Shown here in pieces: positions 47,760 through 58,102 of a DNA stretch of 64,000 nucleotides. This DNA comes from Candidatus Latescibacterota bacterium (lineage in GTDB: Bacteria; Latescibacterota; UBA2968; UBA8231): NCBI GenBank assembly GCA_965248265.1, contig CBDFJF010000001.1, forward strand, positions 2,848,001-2,912,000. Reading direction: 5' to 3'. Under the pieces are notes generated by a model that saw only the letters and a program-made list of their open reading frames with translations, was not told where the DNA came from and ran no database searches. Each line of letters opens with the position of its first letter. The stretch's first letter is position 1. The position numbers were made by a program, and so were the translations under genes.

Positions 47760-48305
47760 TCACAGAAGCTCAGCCAGGCGATTTCGCAGGAATTCCAGCG
47801 CCCGCCCCATCTGGGTCTCGACCGTCTTGATGGAGACGCCCTGAATCTCTGCAATTTCGGCATAGGTCAGGTGATCGTATCGGTTCATCGAGAACACGAT
47901 TCGCGTCTTCTCGGGCAGCGCCGCGACGGCCCCGGCGACGGCGGTGGATATCTCTTTTTGACGCAGTTCATCCTCGGGAGTGTCCTGGCGAGGAAGCGCG
48001 GACCCCACTTCCTCGGCGCTGCGATCCTCCACATCAATGTGTCTGAGATGCTTGAGAGCCTGGTTTCTGGCGGCCGTGTACAGATAGGTTTTCACGTTCT
48101 TGGCTGGATCCAGTCGTGACCTGTTTGCCCATACGGCGAGAAAAACCTCCTGCACGAGATTCTCGGCAGTCGGGACATCCTGCACGTAGCGGCGGACAAA
48201 GTGGATCAACGGCTGACAGTAGAGGCGGAACAGCTGCTCGAACGCCTTGCCGTCACCTTCGCGAACCTTTTGAAACCTTTTCAACCCAATCGGCACTTGA
48301 GACAT
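47760..48305 (-). CDS. ECF RNA polymerase sigma-70 factor (FecI-like)
   Basis: AFEQLF..Y, AENLVQEVF..VW, YLY...RN, TY.EIAE..G.SIKTVE.QM.RAL. Confidence 0.92.
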   Translation of the reverse strand: MSQVPIGLKRFQKVREGDGKAFEQLFRLYCQPLIHFVRRYVQDVPTAENLVQEVFLAVWANRSRLDPAKNVKTYLYTAARNQALKHLRHIDVEDRSAEEVGSALPRQDTPEDELRQKEISTAVAGAVAALPEKTRIVFSMNRYDHLTYAEIAEIQGVSIKTVETQMGRALEFLRNRLAELL

Positions 48306-48377
48306 AATTCAGCGTTGTTGAAACTCTCCAGAACGGCGTAACCGCTTTGATCGCTTTTTGGGAGTATATGTCTCCCG

Positions 48378-48518
48378 GGCAGTGTTATCGATACCTGCCC
48401 CAACCCGATCCGAGCACGATGGACCGCCGAGATGGGTTCGGCGACATTCAGTGGCATGGACAACTACCACAACCTGATCACCTTCACGCTTCGATCCAGA
48501 TCCGCCGATAGATGCTGA
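48378..48518 (+). pseudogene. Possible 3' remnant of a lost gene coupled to the AGE gene
   Basis: Start-less frame (..CPNPIRARWTAEMGSATFSGMDNYHNLITFTL..) with coding-like codons; its stop overlaps ATG 48512. Confidence 0.35.
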
Positions 48519-49888
48519 CCTACCGCAACATCGAACTTCCGGAGTCGACGACCGTCTCCGATTTGAAGGCGGTTGCCAGCGACTACGAGGCTATCTGCAT
48601 CACAGCGATGCGAGCCATCGTCGAACGCTACCAGGCCACGGCCGGCTACCCATACGTCGATACCAAGCTCAACCTGATCACAGGGCAGGATTTCGCCACC
48701 GGCGATCCGATCCGCGGCAAGGGGGCCATTTACGGCTGGATCCAGGGCCGGGGATTGGAGGCGCTCGCCGGACACGCCGGTTGGCTGCGGGACAAGACGG
48801 AGCATGCTGATCTGGTCACGCAGATCGAGGCGATGATGCGTGAGGTCCTCGACAATCTGGGGCGCGTGCGGGACGGTAACGACGGTCACGTCTGCTTCTT
48901 CATGACTCCGGAGGGTGCGCCCTTCACCCTGGACTCCAGTTCTCAACCGGTGCCATTCCAAGCGGGCACCGTTCACCCCTACGGCTTCAGTGATCTGTTC
49001 TCATCGAAGGGCATGTTCGCGGCCGCTGACTATCTGGGAGATGACGGTGCGCGCGCCGAAGCGCTCGAGTACGTGAACGACGTCGAAGCCTCGATGTGGG
49101 ATCGCACATTCACGACGGATCAGATAGCACTCGATCCCATCAATCGGGTCGAGTACAAAGCGGGTGCTCACGCCCATGGCCACTTGATGATTCAGATCGG
49201 CGCACCAACCCTGCTGGTCGAACGCGGCATCGAGGGTGCTGTTGAACGCGGTCTCAAAATCGTCGAGCACGAGCTGGCCACCTACGCCAACGTGGATGGA
49301 CGGATCGCGGACCTACAGGAGGGTGACTTCTGGGAGAACGTCGACGACGAGGGGCAACCCTATCTGGAAGATGACGGCTCCATCTTCTCGGATCCGGGCC
49401 ATTCACTGGAGTTCGTGGGATTGGCGGCAAAGTTTATCGCCACCGCGGAGAGCGCTTCGCCGTCATCTGATCAATCACAACGTCTGGCAGCTGCGAAGCA
49501 ACGCCTGCCTGTCATCCTCGAGCGCAACTTCGACAACGGCTACTTCCCCGGTCCGGGCGGCGTATCGAAGGGATTCGATCTGGTGTCGCGGACCCACGTC
49601 AACACCGACATGCCCTGGTGGAACCTGCCGGAGACGATCAGGGCTGCCGCCTTCTGTCTATCTCAGACTGATGACTCGGAGGAAAAGGAGATGTGCTTGC
49701 GCGTCTTCCGCCATGCACACAACGCGCTCCTGCACTACCTGCGCCCCGATCTGCACCTGATGGCCTACCAGACGCGGGACGCGGCCGGTCAACCGGTCGA
49801 CCTCATTCCGGCCACGGCCGACGCCGACCCCGGCTATCACACTGGACTCAGCTTGATCGATACCATCGGGGTTATCGAGTCACTGTAG
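48512..49888 (+). CDS. AGE-family epimerase/isomerase (N-acylglucosamine 2-epimerase-like)
   Basis: W.QGR, H.H.M, PGH..E, WW...E, D..YH motifs of the (alpha/alpha)6 AGE fold. Confidence 0.8.
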   Translation: MLTYRNIELPESTTVSDLKAVASDYEAICITAMRAIVERYQATAGYPYVDTKLNLITGQDFATGDPIRGKGAIYGWIQGRGLEALAGHAGWLRDKTEHADLVTQIEAMMREVLDNLGRVRDGNDGHVCFFMTPEGAPFTLDSSSQPVPFQAGTVHPYGFSDLFSSKGMFAAADYLGDDGARAEALEYVNDVEASMWDRTFTTDQIALDPINRVEYKAGAHAHGHLMIQIGAPTLLVERGIEGAVERGLKIVEHELATYANVDGRIADLQEGDFWENVDDEGQPYLEDDGSIFSDPGHSLEFVGLAAKFIATAESASPSSDQSQRLAAAKQRLPVILERNFDNGYFPGPGGVSKGFDLVSRTHVNTDMPWWNLPETIRAAAFCLSQTDDSEEKEMCLRVFRHAHNALLHYLRPDLHLMAYQTRDAAGQPVDLIPATADADPGYHTGLSLIDTIGVIESL

Positions 49889-49943
49889 CGAGCTGCCCTG
49901 TAGCTCGCCCGAGCCAGTCTGCGGCGCGGGTCGCCCGACCCAG

Positions 49944-50777
49944 CTATGACCAGACGAACATCTCGTCGTCATCCTTCGACATACCGAAGAAGGCGGCCAG
50001 GACAATCCGGGGAGTCTCACCACTGATGCTGGGCACCTCGTGCACGAACTCCGAGCAGAATACGTAGAGATCCCCGGGCTGCAACTGCACCCGGACGCGT
50101 TCGATGCCCTGCGCGGCCGCATCCTCGTGGAACGTCTTGTTCCAGCCTTTGGGCATGTCGGGGCGCCAGTGGTAGCGGTAGATGAAGGTCTGGCCCTGCT
50201 CTTCGTCGATCTCGGCATCCTGAAAACACATCACACATGATAGTTGGCGCTCAAAGCGGGCGAGCGCGTAGTTGCTGCGAGGAGTCCCTTGAAGCCGGTC
50301 TCGTTCCAGAATATCCAGGTGCGGACCGTGGCCCCGCTCTTCGTAGTAGGTGCGAAAAATGGCCGGGCCGTACCGCCGGCCATCCGGTTCGTAACCGGTG
50401 ACGGCGCGCTTGTCTACGGACAGTGCCGTCAAGGTATCGTACATGAACTTCACCGGATCGTTGTAGCCCTCGAACAGGGTCTCGAACAGTTCGTGGGTCT
50501 GGCGTGCGTGGTCGAGGAAGAATTCGCGATCTCCGCCGTGGCTGCCCATGCTGGTACCGATATCGACGCGTCCCATGCCGCGCTCGCGCGGGTCGAAGAT
50601 CAGACCGCGCTCGAAAAAACGCTCCACCAGGGCCTTCGCATGATCGGGATTGTAGGCGCGTCGCATGATGAGGGCGGGAACATTGCCCGCCGTCAGCTCT
50701 TCCAGCGGACGCGAGTAGGTTGCCAGGATCTCCTCCAGGCTGGCCTCCACCGGAGCCCATGCAAGGTCTGTCGTCAT
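49944..50777 (-). CDS. Fe(II)/2OG oxygenase
   Basis: PHLD, PGDLY.F, HEV, R; TGATG coupling. Confidence 0.8.
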   Translation of the reverse strand: MTTDLAWAPVEASLEEILATYSRPLEELTAGNVPALIMRRAYNPDHAKALVERFFERGLIFDPRERGMGRVDIGTSMGSHGGDREFFLDHARQTHELFETLFEGYNDPVKFMYDTLTALSVDKRAVTGYEPDGRRYGPAIFRTYYEERGHGPHLDILERDRLQGTPRSNYALARFERQLSCVMCFQDAEIDEEQGQTFIYRYHWRPDMPKGWNKTFHEDAAAQGIERVRVQLQPGDLYVFCSEFVHEVPSISGETPRIVLAAFFGMSKDDDEMFVWS

Positions 50778-51541
50778 CAGGATTTGGCCTCGAGTCCCAA
50801 TTCCTTGTGCTGTTCCTTGAGCGTCTCGGAGTATTGCTTCTTGGCCTCCAGGTCGGGCCGGCAACTCTCCCCCTCAAACACCATGGCGAACGCCTGTCTG
50901 TGACGGGTCGACGAGGTGTTGGGGTCTGCCCGGTGAATGGTCCAGCCGTGGTGGATGAGCGCGTCACCCGGGTTCAGGCTCAAAGGGGCCTCCCTGGCCT
51001 CGTCCTCCGGACCGTAGTCGGTGATCCCCTGCGAGAAGCCGAGAACGTCCGTGCGCCCATGGGGTCGAACACCTCTAAGGTGCGAGCCCGGGGCGTAGCG
51101 CAAACACCCATTCTCCTCGTCGATCGGGTCGATGGCCACCCAGATTGAGGCGACATTGCACGGTTTCAGCTTGAAGTAGTAGTTATCCTGATGGGGCGGC
51201 GTGGGATGCACCGTATTGGGCGGTTTGTTGAACCATTCCGGCTGCATGGTCTTGGCCGGTTCTCCGATCAATGTCTCGGCCAGCGTGTTCCAGCGCTCTT
51301 CGTTGCAGTATTCCTTGAAGAAGGAATCGTGTTCGCCCATCTGTTGCAGTTGCTTGAGCGTTTCCGGCTTGCCCTGCTCCTGGTAGAAGGCAGCGGCCTC
51401 CGGCAGCGTCGGCGCCACGTCACGAATGTAGCGGGCAACGTTGTCAGCCAGGACCTCGAACTCATCCGGCGGCAGGAAGCTGGTGATCTGGACGAATCCG
51501 TCACGGTCGTAGGCGCTCTTGTGGTGTTCGAAGCTCTCCAT
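50777..51541 (-). CDS. Phytanoyl-CoA dioxygenase (PhyH) family protein
   Basis: Y.RDGF, HQD, ENGCL...PGSH, H...N.S...R. Confidence 0.92.
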   Translation of the reverse strand: MESFEHHKSAYDRDGFVQITSFLPPDEFEVLADNVARYIRDVAPTLPEAAAFYQEQGKPETLKQLQQMGEHDSFFKEYCNEERWNTLAETLIGEPAKTMQPEWFNKPPNTVHPTPPHQDNYYFKLKPCNVASIWVAIDPIDEENGCLRYAPGSHLRGVRPHGRTDVLGFSQGITDYGPEDEAREAPLSLNPGDALIHHGWTIHRADPNTSSTRHRQAFAMVFEGESCRPDLEAKKQYSETLKEQHKELGLEAKS

Positions 51542-51641
51542 GGTCCATGCTCCTTGGTTTAGTCGCCCTCAATATAATGAATCACGCATCCCAGGGGAGC
51601 AGGCGTGTCAGAGGAGACGGCAACCCTGGGAAGTGATAGAT

Positions 51642-52466
51642 TCACGTCGAGCCGGCGAGCTCGTTCCATGCCTTTCGCAGATCGTCACCAGTGACGCGGG
51701 CGTCCTGCCAGACATCGGGAAAACAGGAAAGACCGTAGGCGGGATTGGCGTTGCCCAGCTCGGGAACGACGAAGATCTCACCGTTGCCGTGTGTTTTGAT
51801 GAAGCCGAAGAGCTCGCGGGCGAACTCCAGCCACTCGAGGTACTCGGGCGTGCGTTGCTGCCCATCAAAGGTCGCCGGAATCTGGCAATGCTGGCCATGA
51901 AACGGACGCATGTGGAACTGACGGGTACGGGTGAGCAGATCCTCGCGGCCCTTCAGGTCCGGCCAGTAGGGATGGCGCAGGTGGCGGACGACGGCAAAGT
52001 GCGAGTGGTCGAAGCAAAGAGGCAGTGGCTGTTTCTCTGCCTTCTCATACCCATCACACATGTCGTAGGTGCGCTCCGGGGTTTCCGTAAACGTATCGCG
52101 GTGGGTCTCGATGCCGGTTGGCAGCTCGAACTCGCGCGCTATCTCCTGAATATTCCGAACCACCTCGATGCAATCGGCCAGGGGGGTGTCGACGTCACAG
52201 GGTTGGATGGTGGCCACGGCGGCCCCCAACTCAGTGGCCTGCTCGAAAAACGGTCGCGGATCGTCACCGACACCGAGACTACTGATTGCCCAGTAGATGA
52301 GATCGCCGCGGTCTTTCAGTTCCGGCAGCGGCGGCGACATGAGGCCGTCGAAGCCAGCGTCTTTGATGGCCTGGAACTTGTGCGACCAGGACCACTCATT
52401 TTCCTGAGACGGGTAACCGCGTACCGACCACACCGTAGCACAGAGATTTCGATTGGGTATTGGCAT
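51642..52466 (-). CDS. Xylose-isomerase-like TIM-barrel protein
   Basis: ETHR, DHSHF..V, H.R, PE.G..Y motifs. Confidence 0.78.
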   Translation of the reverse strand: MPIPNRNLCATVWSVRGYPSQENEWSWSHKFQAIKDAGFDGLMSPPLPELKDRGDLIYWAISSLGVGDDPRPFFEQATELGAAVATIQPCDVDTPLADCIEVVRNIQEIAREFELPTGIETHRDTFTETPERTYDMCDGYEKAEKQPLPLCFDHSHFAVVRHLRHPYWPDLKGREDLLTRTRQFHMRPFHGQHCQIPATFDGQQRTPEYLEWLEFARELFGFIKTHGNGEIFVVPELGNANPAYGLSCFPDVWQDARVTGDDLRKAWNELAGST

Positions 52467-52540
52467 GAGGAGCAATCTTATCGGAGAGCTGGGATGCCGG
52501 CAAGTCCTCGAAACCACTGATTTTCTGGAGGAGTGAGTAG

Positions 52541-53560
52541 ATGGGTCGAGTGCTCGAGCGTGGCGATCGGGTTCCAGATTTTGTGTCGGCGGATGCCAGC
52601 GGCACGCAGGCGCGGTTCTATGCACGCGCTGGGGGCAGGCCGACCATCCTTATCGTCCATGCAGACGTTGAGCGTGCAAAACTGGCGGTAACCGGGCTGC
52701 CAGAAGACTTCGATATCGTCGTCGTCTGCGTTGCCGCCGAGCTGGAAGATGGTAACCCATGGTTTCACGATCCGGATTCAATCGTCAGCGAAGCCCTCGG
52801 TGCAGGGGGTGAGGGACAGGGAGTAGCCTACACACTCGATTCGAACCTGCGCGTGCTGGAAGCGATCCTTCTCGACGATTCTTGTAACCGCCTGCCCGCA
52901 GACATTATCACTGCCGCTCTCGCGCAGGATGGAGTTGCAGAGGGGATCCAAGTCAGCTCCCAGGCTCCGGTTCTGTTGATCCCGCGCATTCTTGAGGAGG
53001 AGAAGTGTCGCTTTCTGATGGACCTGTGGGCGCAAGGCGGTCACGAGGAGACGGGGGTTGAGGCTTCGGCAGGCGGTGCGCGTAGGGAAGTGCTCTCTGA
53101 TGAGCACAAGCACCGGCGCGACCATACGGTGACCGACCCAAAACTCATCCGCTTGCTGACGTCGACGATCGGCCGACGGGTGGTCCCCGAAGTGAAGCGC
53201 GCCTTCGCCTATACAGCTACCCGTTTCGAGGGCTTCAAGATCGCCTGCTATGACGCCGAGTCGAGTGGTTTCTTTCATGCCCACCGGGACAACCTGAGCC
53301 CGGCGACGGCTCACCGGCAGTTTGCCCTGACCCTGGCTCTCAATGACGACTACGAGGGCGGATTCCTCCGCTTTCCAGAGTTTGGCCCCGATCTCTACCG
53401 TCTGGAGGTGGGTGCGGGTGTGGTTTTTTCATGCGCCCACTTACATGAAGTGACGGCTGTGACCGCCGGAAAGCGGTTCGCGCTGCTCACCTTTCTCTAC
53501 GACCAGGAACGTCACCAATCGAACGGCTCCGACATTCCCGCTGGCCGAGGTTCGGCATGA
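52541..53560 (+). CDS. Fe(II)/2OG oxygenase with N-terminal degenerate redoxin-like domain
   Basis: GD.VPDF, D.NLRV in the N-domain; APVLLIP; HRDN, YEGG.L.FPE, HEV, KRF. Confidence 0.85.
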   Translation: MGRVLERGDRVPDFVSADASGTQARFYARAGGRPTILIVHADVERAKLAVTGLPEDFDIVVVCVAAELEDGNPWFHDPDSIVSEALGAGGEGQGVAYTLDSNLRVLEAILLDDSCNRLPADIITAALAQDGVAEGIQVSSQAPVLLIPRILEEEKCRFLMDLWAQGGHEETGVEASAGGARREVLSDEHKHRRDHTVTDPKLIRLLTSTIGRRVVPEVKRAFAYTATRFEGFKIACYDAESSGFFHAHRDNLSPATAHRQFALTLALNDDYEGGFLRFPEFGPDLYRLEVGAGVVFSCAHLHEVTAVTAGKRFALLTFLYDQERHQSNGSDIPAGRGSA

Positions 53561-54873
53561 ACTCGATTACCCGGTTTTTCGAATTTGATCGGCTCGACAC
53601 AAATCTGAGAACCGAGGTTGTAGGCGGGGTCACGACGTTCGTCACGATGGCCTACATCATCGCCGTCAACCCGGGAATCCTGGCTCAGGCCATGGGGCAG
53701 GAGCTCTTCGGGGAACTCGTGTTCGCCACCTGTGTGGCGGCGGCACTGGCGACGCTCCTGATGGGGCTGGCAGCAAACTATCCCTTCGCACTGGCCCCCG
53801 GCATGGGCCTCAACGCCTTCTTCACCTTCTCCGTCGTCCTCGGCATGGGTGTCCGCTGGGAGGTCGCGCTTTCAGTCGTGCTCGCTTCGGGGCTTCTCTT
53901 TCTCCTTCTCTCGCTTGTTCGCCTGCGGGAGATCGTCATCCACGCCGTACCCGCTACGCTGAAGCACGCGACCGCAACCGGGATCGGACTTTTTATCGGA
54001 TTTATCGGTCTCAAGAACGCGGGTGTGATCGTCAGTAGTGATGCGACCTTCGTGGCACTGGGGCAGCTGCAGACTGGCCCCGTTGCCCTCGCCCTGATCG
54101 GGTTGATCGCAACGGCCGTGATGATGTCGAGAGGCTTCAAGGGAGCGATCCTGATTGGCGTGATCGGCGTGACCGTGCTGTCGGTACTGACCGGCGTCGC
54201 CGATGCGCCACGGGCATTCGTTGGGGTGCCTGTGTGGCCGGAGCATCTGATCGGGACGGCGTTGGAGAACCTGCACCTCGCCTTCGATCCTGCCCTGATC
54301 GCAGTCGTGTTCGCCTTCCTCTTCGTTGACCTGTTCGATACGATGGGGACCCTGGTTGGTCTTTCGCAGAGATCCGGATTCCTGGATGAACAGGGTAAGC
54401 TCCCACGCGCGAACCGCGCCCTGATGGCCGATTCACTCGGAACGGTAGGCGGGGCGTTGCTGGGCACGTCCCCCGTAACGACCTACATCGAGAGTGCGTC
54501 AGGGATAGCGGAGGGTGCCCGCACCGGTTTCGCGAACGTGGTCGTGGCCATTCTCTTTCTGCTGATGCTTTTTCTAACCCCGCTTGTCGAAGCCATTCCC
54601 GTGTTCGCGACAGCGCCGGCATTGATCGTCGTCGGGGTGCTGATGGCTTCGTCCGTGACCCGCATTCAGTGGGATGACGTATCGGACGCAGTGCCCGCAT
54701 TCATGACCATTCTGGTGATGCCCTTGACCTTCAGCATCGCACATGGTGTTGCCGCCGGTATCGTGACCTACCCGATCATCAAGCGGTTGAGCGGGAAGGG
54801 AAGTGAGGTGCATGTCTTGATCGATGGTCTGGCCGTCGTCTTCATCCTGCGGTATCTGTTGCTCGAAGCCTGA
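53557..54873 (+). CDS. NCS2/AzgA-type purine permease
   Basis: TTFVTMAYII.VNP, APGMGLNAFF, D.FDT.GT, TYIESASG...G.RTG. Confidence 0.93.
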   Translation: MNSITRFFEFDRLDTNLRTEVVGGVTTFVTMAYIIAVNPGILAQAMGQELFGELVFATCVAAALATLLMGLAANYPFALAPGMGLNAFFTFSVVLGMGVRWEVALSVVLASGLLFLLLSLVRLREIVIHAVPATLKHATATGIGLFIGFIGLKNAGVIVSSDATFVALGQLQTGPVALALIGLIATAVMMSRGFKGAILIGVIGVTVLSVLTGVADAPRAFVGVPVWPEHLIGTALENLHLAFDPALIAVVFAFLFVDLFDTMGTLVGLSQRSGFLDEQGKLPRANRALMADSLGTVGGALLGTSPVTTYIESASGIAEGARTGFANVVVAILFLLMLFLTPLVEAIPVFATAPALIVVGVLMASSVTRIQWDDVSDAVPAFMTILVMPLTFSIAHGVAAGIVTYPIIKRLSGKGSEVHVLIDGLAVVFILRYLLLEA

Positions 54874-54998
54874 GACGAGATCAACTGCCTATCCGCGCGA
54901 CCACGTTTCCAGTTCCCGTAAGTTCCAACGGGCATCCTCGACATGTCGTTCCCTGTTCCGCATACTGATATCTACATCCTGCACCAACGGAGACTGAA

Positions 54999-55787
54999 AT
55001 GGCAGACGACATCCTCGTGGAACGACAAGACGGCATCGCCACCGTCACCTTCAACCGGCCCGAGCAACGCAACGCCATCAACTACGAGGGTTGGCTTACC
55101 CTTCAGCGCCTTGCCGCCGAGTTGGGTAGCGACGACTCGGTCCGTGTCATCGTCTTCGCGGGCTCCGGCGAGAAGGCCTTCTCTGCCGGGGCCGATATCA
55201 AGGACTTCGAGGAGCACCGCAACAGTACTGCCAATGCACGGCGCTATGCTGAGGCTTTCGAGGGTGCGCTGGATGCGATCGGCGACATACCCAAACCGAC
55301 CATTTCCCGCATCCACGGGTTTTGTGTCGGTGGCGGCTGTGAGTTTTCTACCGCCACCGATATCCGCATCGCCGCCGACAACAGCCGCTTCGGCGTTCCG
55401 GTCGCTCGCTTGAGCCTGCTCGCCGGATACATCGAGATGCGTCGCCTCATCAACCTGGTCGGGGCAGGCCCGGCGTCCTATCTGCTGTTGAGTGCAAGAT
55501 TGATAGACGCTGAGGAGGCATTGCGGATCGGGCTGGTTACCCAGATCGTTCCCCTCGCCGATCTGCGGAGGTACACCGATCAGCTTGCCGGCGAGATGGC
55601 CGCACTCGCCCCGCTGTCTCAGAAATGCACCAAGGAGCTGATGCGGATCATCCTGCAGAACCCGGGACTGAAGGAGCTCACCCCGGAGGAAGCCGACCTC
55701 CCCTACGCCATCTTCGACAGTCAGGATTTCCGCGAGGGACGCGACGCGTTTGTCGAACGACGCACGCCTTTGTTCAAAGGGAAGTAG
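54999..55787 (+). CDS. Enoyl-CoA hydratase/isomerase
   Basis: NRPE.RNA, FSAGADI, GGG, DFREG..AF. Confidence 0.92.
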   Translation: MADDILVERQDGIATVTFNRPEQRNAINYEGWLTLQRLAAELGSDDSVRVIVFAGSGEKAFSAGADIKDFEEHRNSTANARRYAEAFEGALDAIGDIPKPTISRIHGFCVGGGCEFSTATDIRIAADNSRFGVPVARLSLLAGYIEMRRLINLVGAGPASYLLLSARLIDAEEALRIGLVTQIVPLADLRRYTDQLAGEMAALAPLSQKCTKELMRIILQNPGLKELTPEEADLPYAIFDSQDFREGRDAFVERRTPLFKGK

Positions 55788-55790
55788 GCG

Positions 55791-56978
55791 ATGGAACTCC
55801 CCCTCGATGGAGTCAAAGTCCTCGACTATACCCAGATCATGGCCGGGCCGTTTTGCGGCATGCTGCTGGCCGACATGGGGGCTGACGTCATCAAGGTCGA
55901 GAAACCCGGCGGCGACGATTCGCGGCGCATGGCTCCACCCTTCATCGAAGGCGAGTCGGCTGCCTTCCTCGCCATCAATCGCAACAAACGAGGTGTCGTC
56001 CTCGATCTCAAAGTTGAAGGAGCCCGTAAGGCACTGCACCGCATGGTCGCCGAATCGGATGTGCTCATACAGAACTTCCGGCGCGGCACGCTGGAGCGGT
56101 TCGGTCTGGGGTACGAAGATGCCCGGGAGTTGAATCCGGCCCTCATCTACTGCCATATCACCGGCTTCGGGGCCACCGGCCCTTACCGCGACCGCCCCGG
56201 CTTCGACCTGGTGACACAGGGCATGAGCGGGATGATGACGGCGACCGGCCACCCGGACCAGGCGCCGGTCAAGGTCGGGGTACCGATCACAGACCTGAAT
56301 GCCGGTTTCTACGGAGCCTACGGAACGCTGTGCGCTTACATCAGCAGACTCAAGACGGGCAAAGGTCAGTTCGTCGATACTTCCCTGTTGGAAGGCGGCA
56401 TTGCCTATTCCGTGTGGGAGTCAGCGATGTACTTCGCCACTGGCGAGAACACAGGCCCGATGGGGTCAGCCCATCGGCTCTCCGCCCCGTACCAGGCGTT
56501 CCGGACTTCGGACGGCCACCTCAACATCGGCGCCGCCAACCAGGCCAACTGGGAACGGCTGTGTGCCGCCATCGACCGTGAGGACTTGCTGGAGGATCCG
56601 CGTTTCGCCAGCAATCCCGATCGCATGGTGAACCTGAAAGCCCTCGCCGAGACCCTGGATGAAACATTCGCATTGAAACCGACCGCTGAGTGGCTGGAGA
56701 TCCTGGAGCATGCCGGCGTTCCAAGCGGTCCCATCTACAGTTTTTCAGAGGTCTACGACGACCCGCACGTGAAGGCGCGCTGCATGGAGGTAGAATCAGA
56801 CCACGCCACCGCGGGACGCGTTCGCAACATCGGCATCCCGGTGAAGCTGTCCGAGACCCCGGGGTCCATTCGCAGGTCAGCGCCGGCTCTGGGTCAGCAC
56901 ACGGATGAAATACTGGGTGAGTTTGGGTACAGCGAGACAGAGATCGATCAGCTGCGGGACAGCGGTGCCTTGGGATGA
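55791..56978 (+). CDS. Class III CoA-transferase (CaiB/BaiF)
   Basis: AGP, GADVIKVE.P.GD, NRNK, NFR.G, catalytic Asp in PITDL, LGQHT. Confidence 0.93.
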   Translation: MELPLDGVKVLDYTQIMAGPFCGMLLADMGADVIKVEKPGGDDSRRMAPPFIEGESAAFLAINRNKRGVVLDLKVEGARKALHRMVAESDVLIQNFRRGTLERFGLGYEDARELNPALIYCHITGFGATGPYRDRPGFDLVTQGMSGMMTATGHPDQAPVKVGVPITDLNAGFYGAYGTLCAYISRLKTGKGQFVDTSLLEGGIAYSVWESAMYFATGENTGPMGSAHRLSAPYQAFRTSDGHLNIGAANQANWERLCAAIDREDLLEDPRFASNPDRMVNLKALAETLDETFALKPTAEWLEILEHAGVPSGPIYSFSEVYDDPHVKARCMEVESDHATAGRVRNIGIPVKLSETPGSIRRSAPALGQHTDEILGEFGYSETEIDQLRDSGALG

Positions 56979-56982
56979 GCAC

Positions 56983-58098
56983 CTACCGCGTGTAGTCCCG
57001 CAGCTTCTCCATGTAATTCACCCTGTCGGACTCCTTCTTGTCCAGCGGCACACCGCGTCCCAGGATGACGGTCTGGTCGCGGTCCTCCAGCGGCAGTCGC
57101 ACTGGAACATGACCGCGCCGATGTGACTCCCGTAGTGCGATCGTCGTCTCCAGTGTCTTGCGGCCATTGTCCCCGTTGCCTCGGGGCTCGATGCCTTTTT
57201 CAACGGCCTCTATCAGAGATTCTACCGTGTGAAGACAGCGCGTTCCCGGATGACGCCACCCTTCGTTGTCGTACTCCCCCACCGTGATGCCCTGGAAAGA
57301 CTCCTGAGGAAACAAGCCCTCGATTTCAGAGAGCTTGGACCAATACGGCTGGCCATCGTCTTCCTTACGCATGCGCATGTACCGGTGATCGCTCTCGAAG
57401 ACCCCCTTCGCGCACACCACTTCGATTCCGTTTCGTGCGCCTTGCCGGCGATGAAGATAGCCGTCTATGCCATTGGTGAAACGCAAATGACCTGAGTAGC
57501 CGCCCGTGTCGTAGTCGCTGACTGCATCTTCGTGGACCCAACCGGTAACCCAGGCAACATCGGCATCGAAGGCGAACATCCGCATCAGGCTGAGGCCCTG
57601 CACGTCCCAGCGTCTGGCACTTACCGAAAAGCAGGTAACGCTGAGCACCTCGCCCAACTCGCCGCTCTCCAGAATCTCACGCGCCTTCCAGTAGTAGGAC
57701 CAGTTGCGTTCGACATCCCCACAGGCGTACCACACACCGTTGGCTTTGCAGGCTGCCACCATCGCGTCGGCATCCGAGAGCTTTTCGGCAATCGGCTTCT
57801 CGCTCTGGATCGCTTTGATCCCCCCGGCTCGAGCGCAGTCGATGACAATTCCGGCGTTGTTGCGCGGGTTCAGGATCGCCGAGGCAATATCAAACTCTTC
57901 CTTCTCGAGCAGTTCGCGGTGATCGGGGTACCCTGGCACATCGAAGCGCTCGCAAAACAATGCCAGGTTTTCCTCATCCGGGTCGGCGGCTGCCACGATC
58001 CGTGAACGCCCGAACAGCACATGGCTGCGTGCGTGGGAAGTCCCTTTCTGACCGCAACCTATCTGGGCTACGCGATGCAGCTGCTTCCCTTCCGTCAC
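56983..58098 (-). CDS. Gfo/Idh/MocA oxidoreductase
   Basis: GCG.KG, SEKPIA; shares the A.RESHRRG...V.LPL.DR tail with the 6845 paralogue. Confidence 0.88.
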   Translation of the reverse strand: MTEGKQLHRVAQIGCGQKGTSHARSHVLFGRSRIVAAADPDEENLALFCERFDVPGYPDHRELLEKEEFDIASAILNPRNNAGIVIDCARAGGIKAIQSEKPIAEKLSDADAMVAACKANGVWYACGDVERNWSYYWKAREILESGELGEVLSVTCFSVSARRWDVQGLSLMRMFAFDADVAWVTGWVHEDAVSDYDTGGYSGHLRFTNGIDGYLHRRQGARNGIEVVCAKGVFESDHRYMRMRKEDDGQPYWSKLSEIEGLFPQESFQGITVGEYDNEGWRHPGTRCLHTVESLIEAVEKGIEPRGNGDNGRKTLETTIALRESHRRGHVPVRLPLEDRDQTVILGRGVPLDKKESDRVNYMEKLRDYTR

Positions 58099-58102
58099 TG
58101 GC

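Noticed and set aside
48368-48511. 47-codon ORF with SD and a repeated LPQPD, as a possible precursor peptide
   Set aside because: The overlapping frame has more coding-like codons, and no modifying enzymes are nearby
54972-56252. Long antisense or alternative-frame ORFs (also 6021-6926, 24056-25063, 44500-45531, 51519-52520)
   Set aside because: Shadow ORFs of GC-rich genes on the opposite strand, without recognisable motifs
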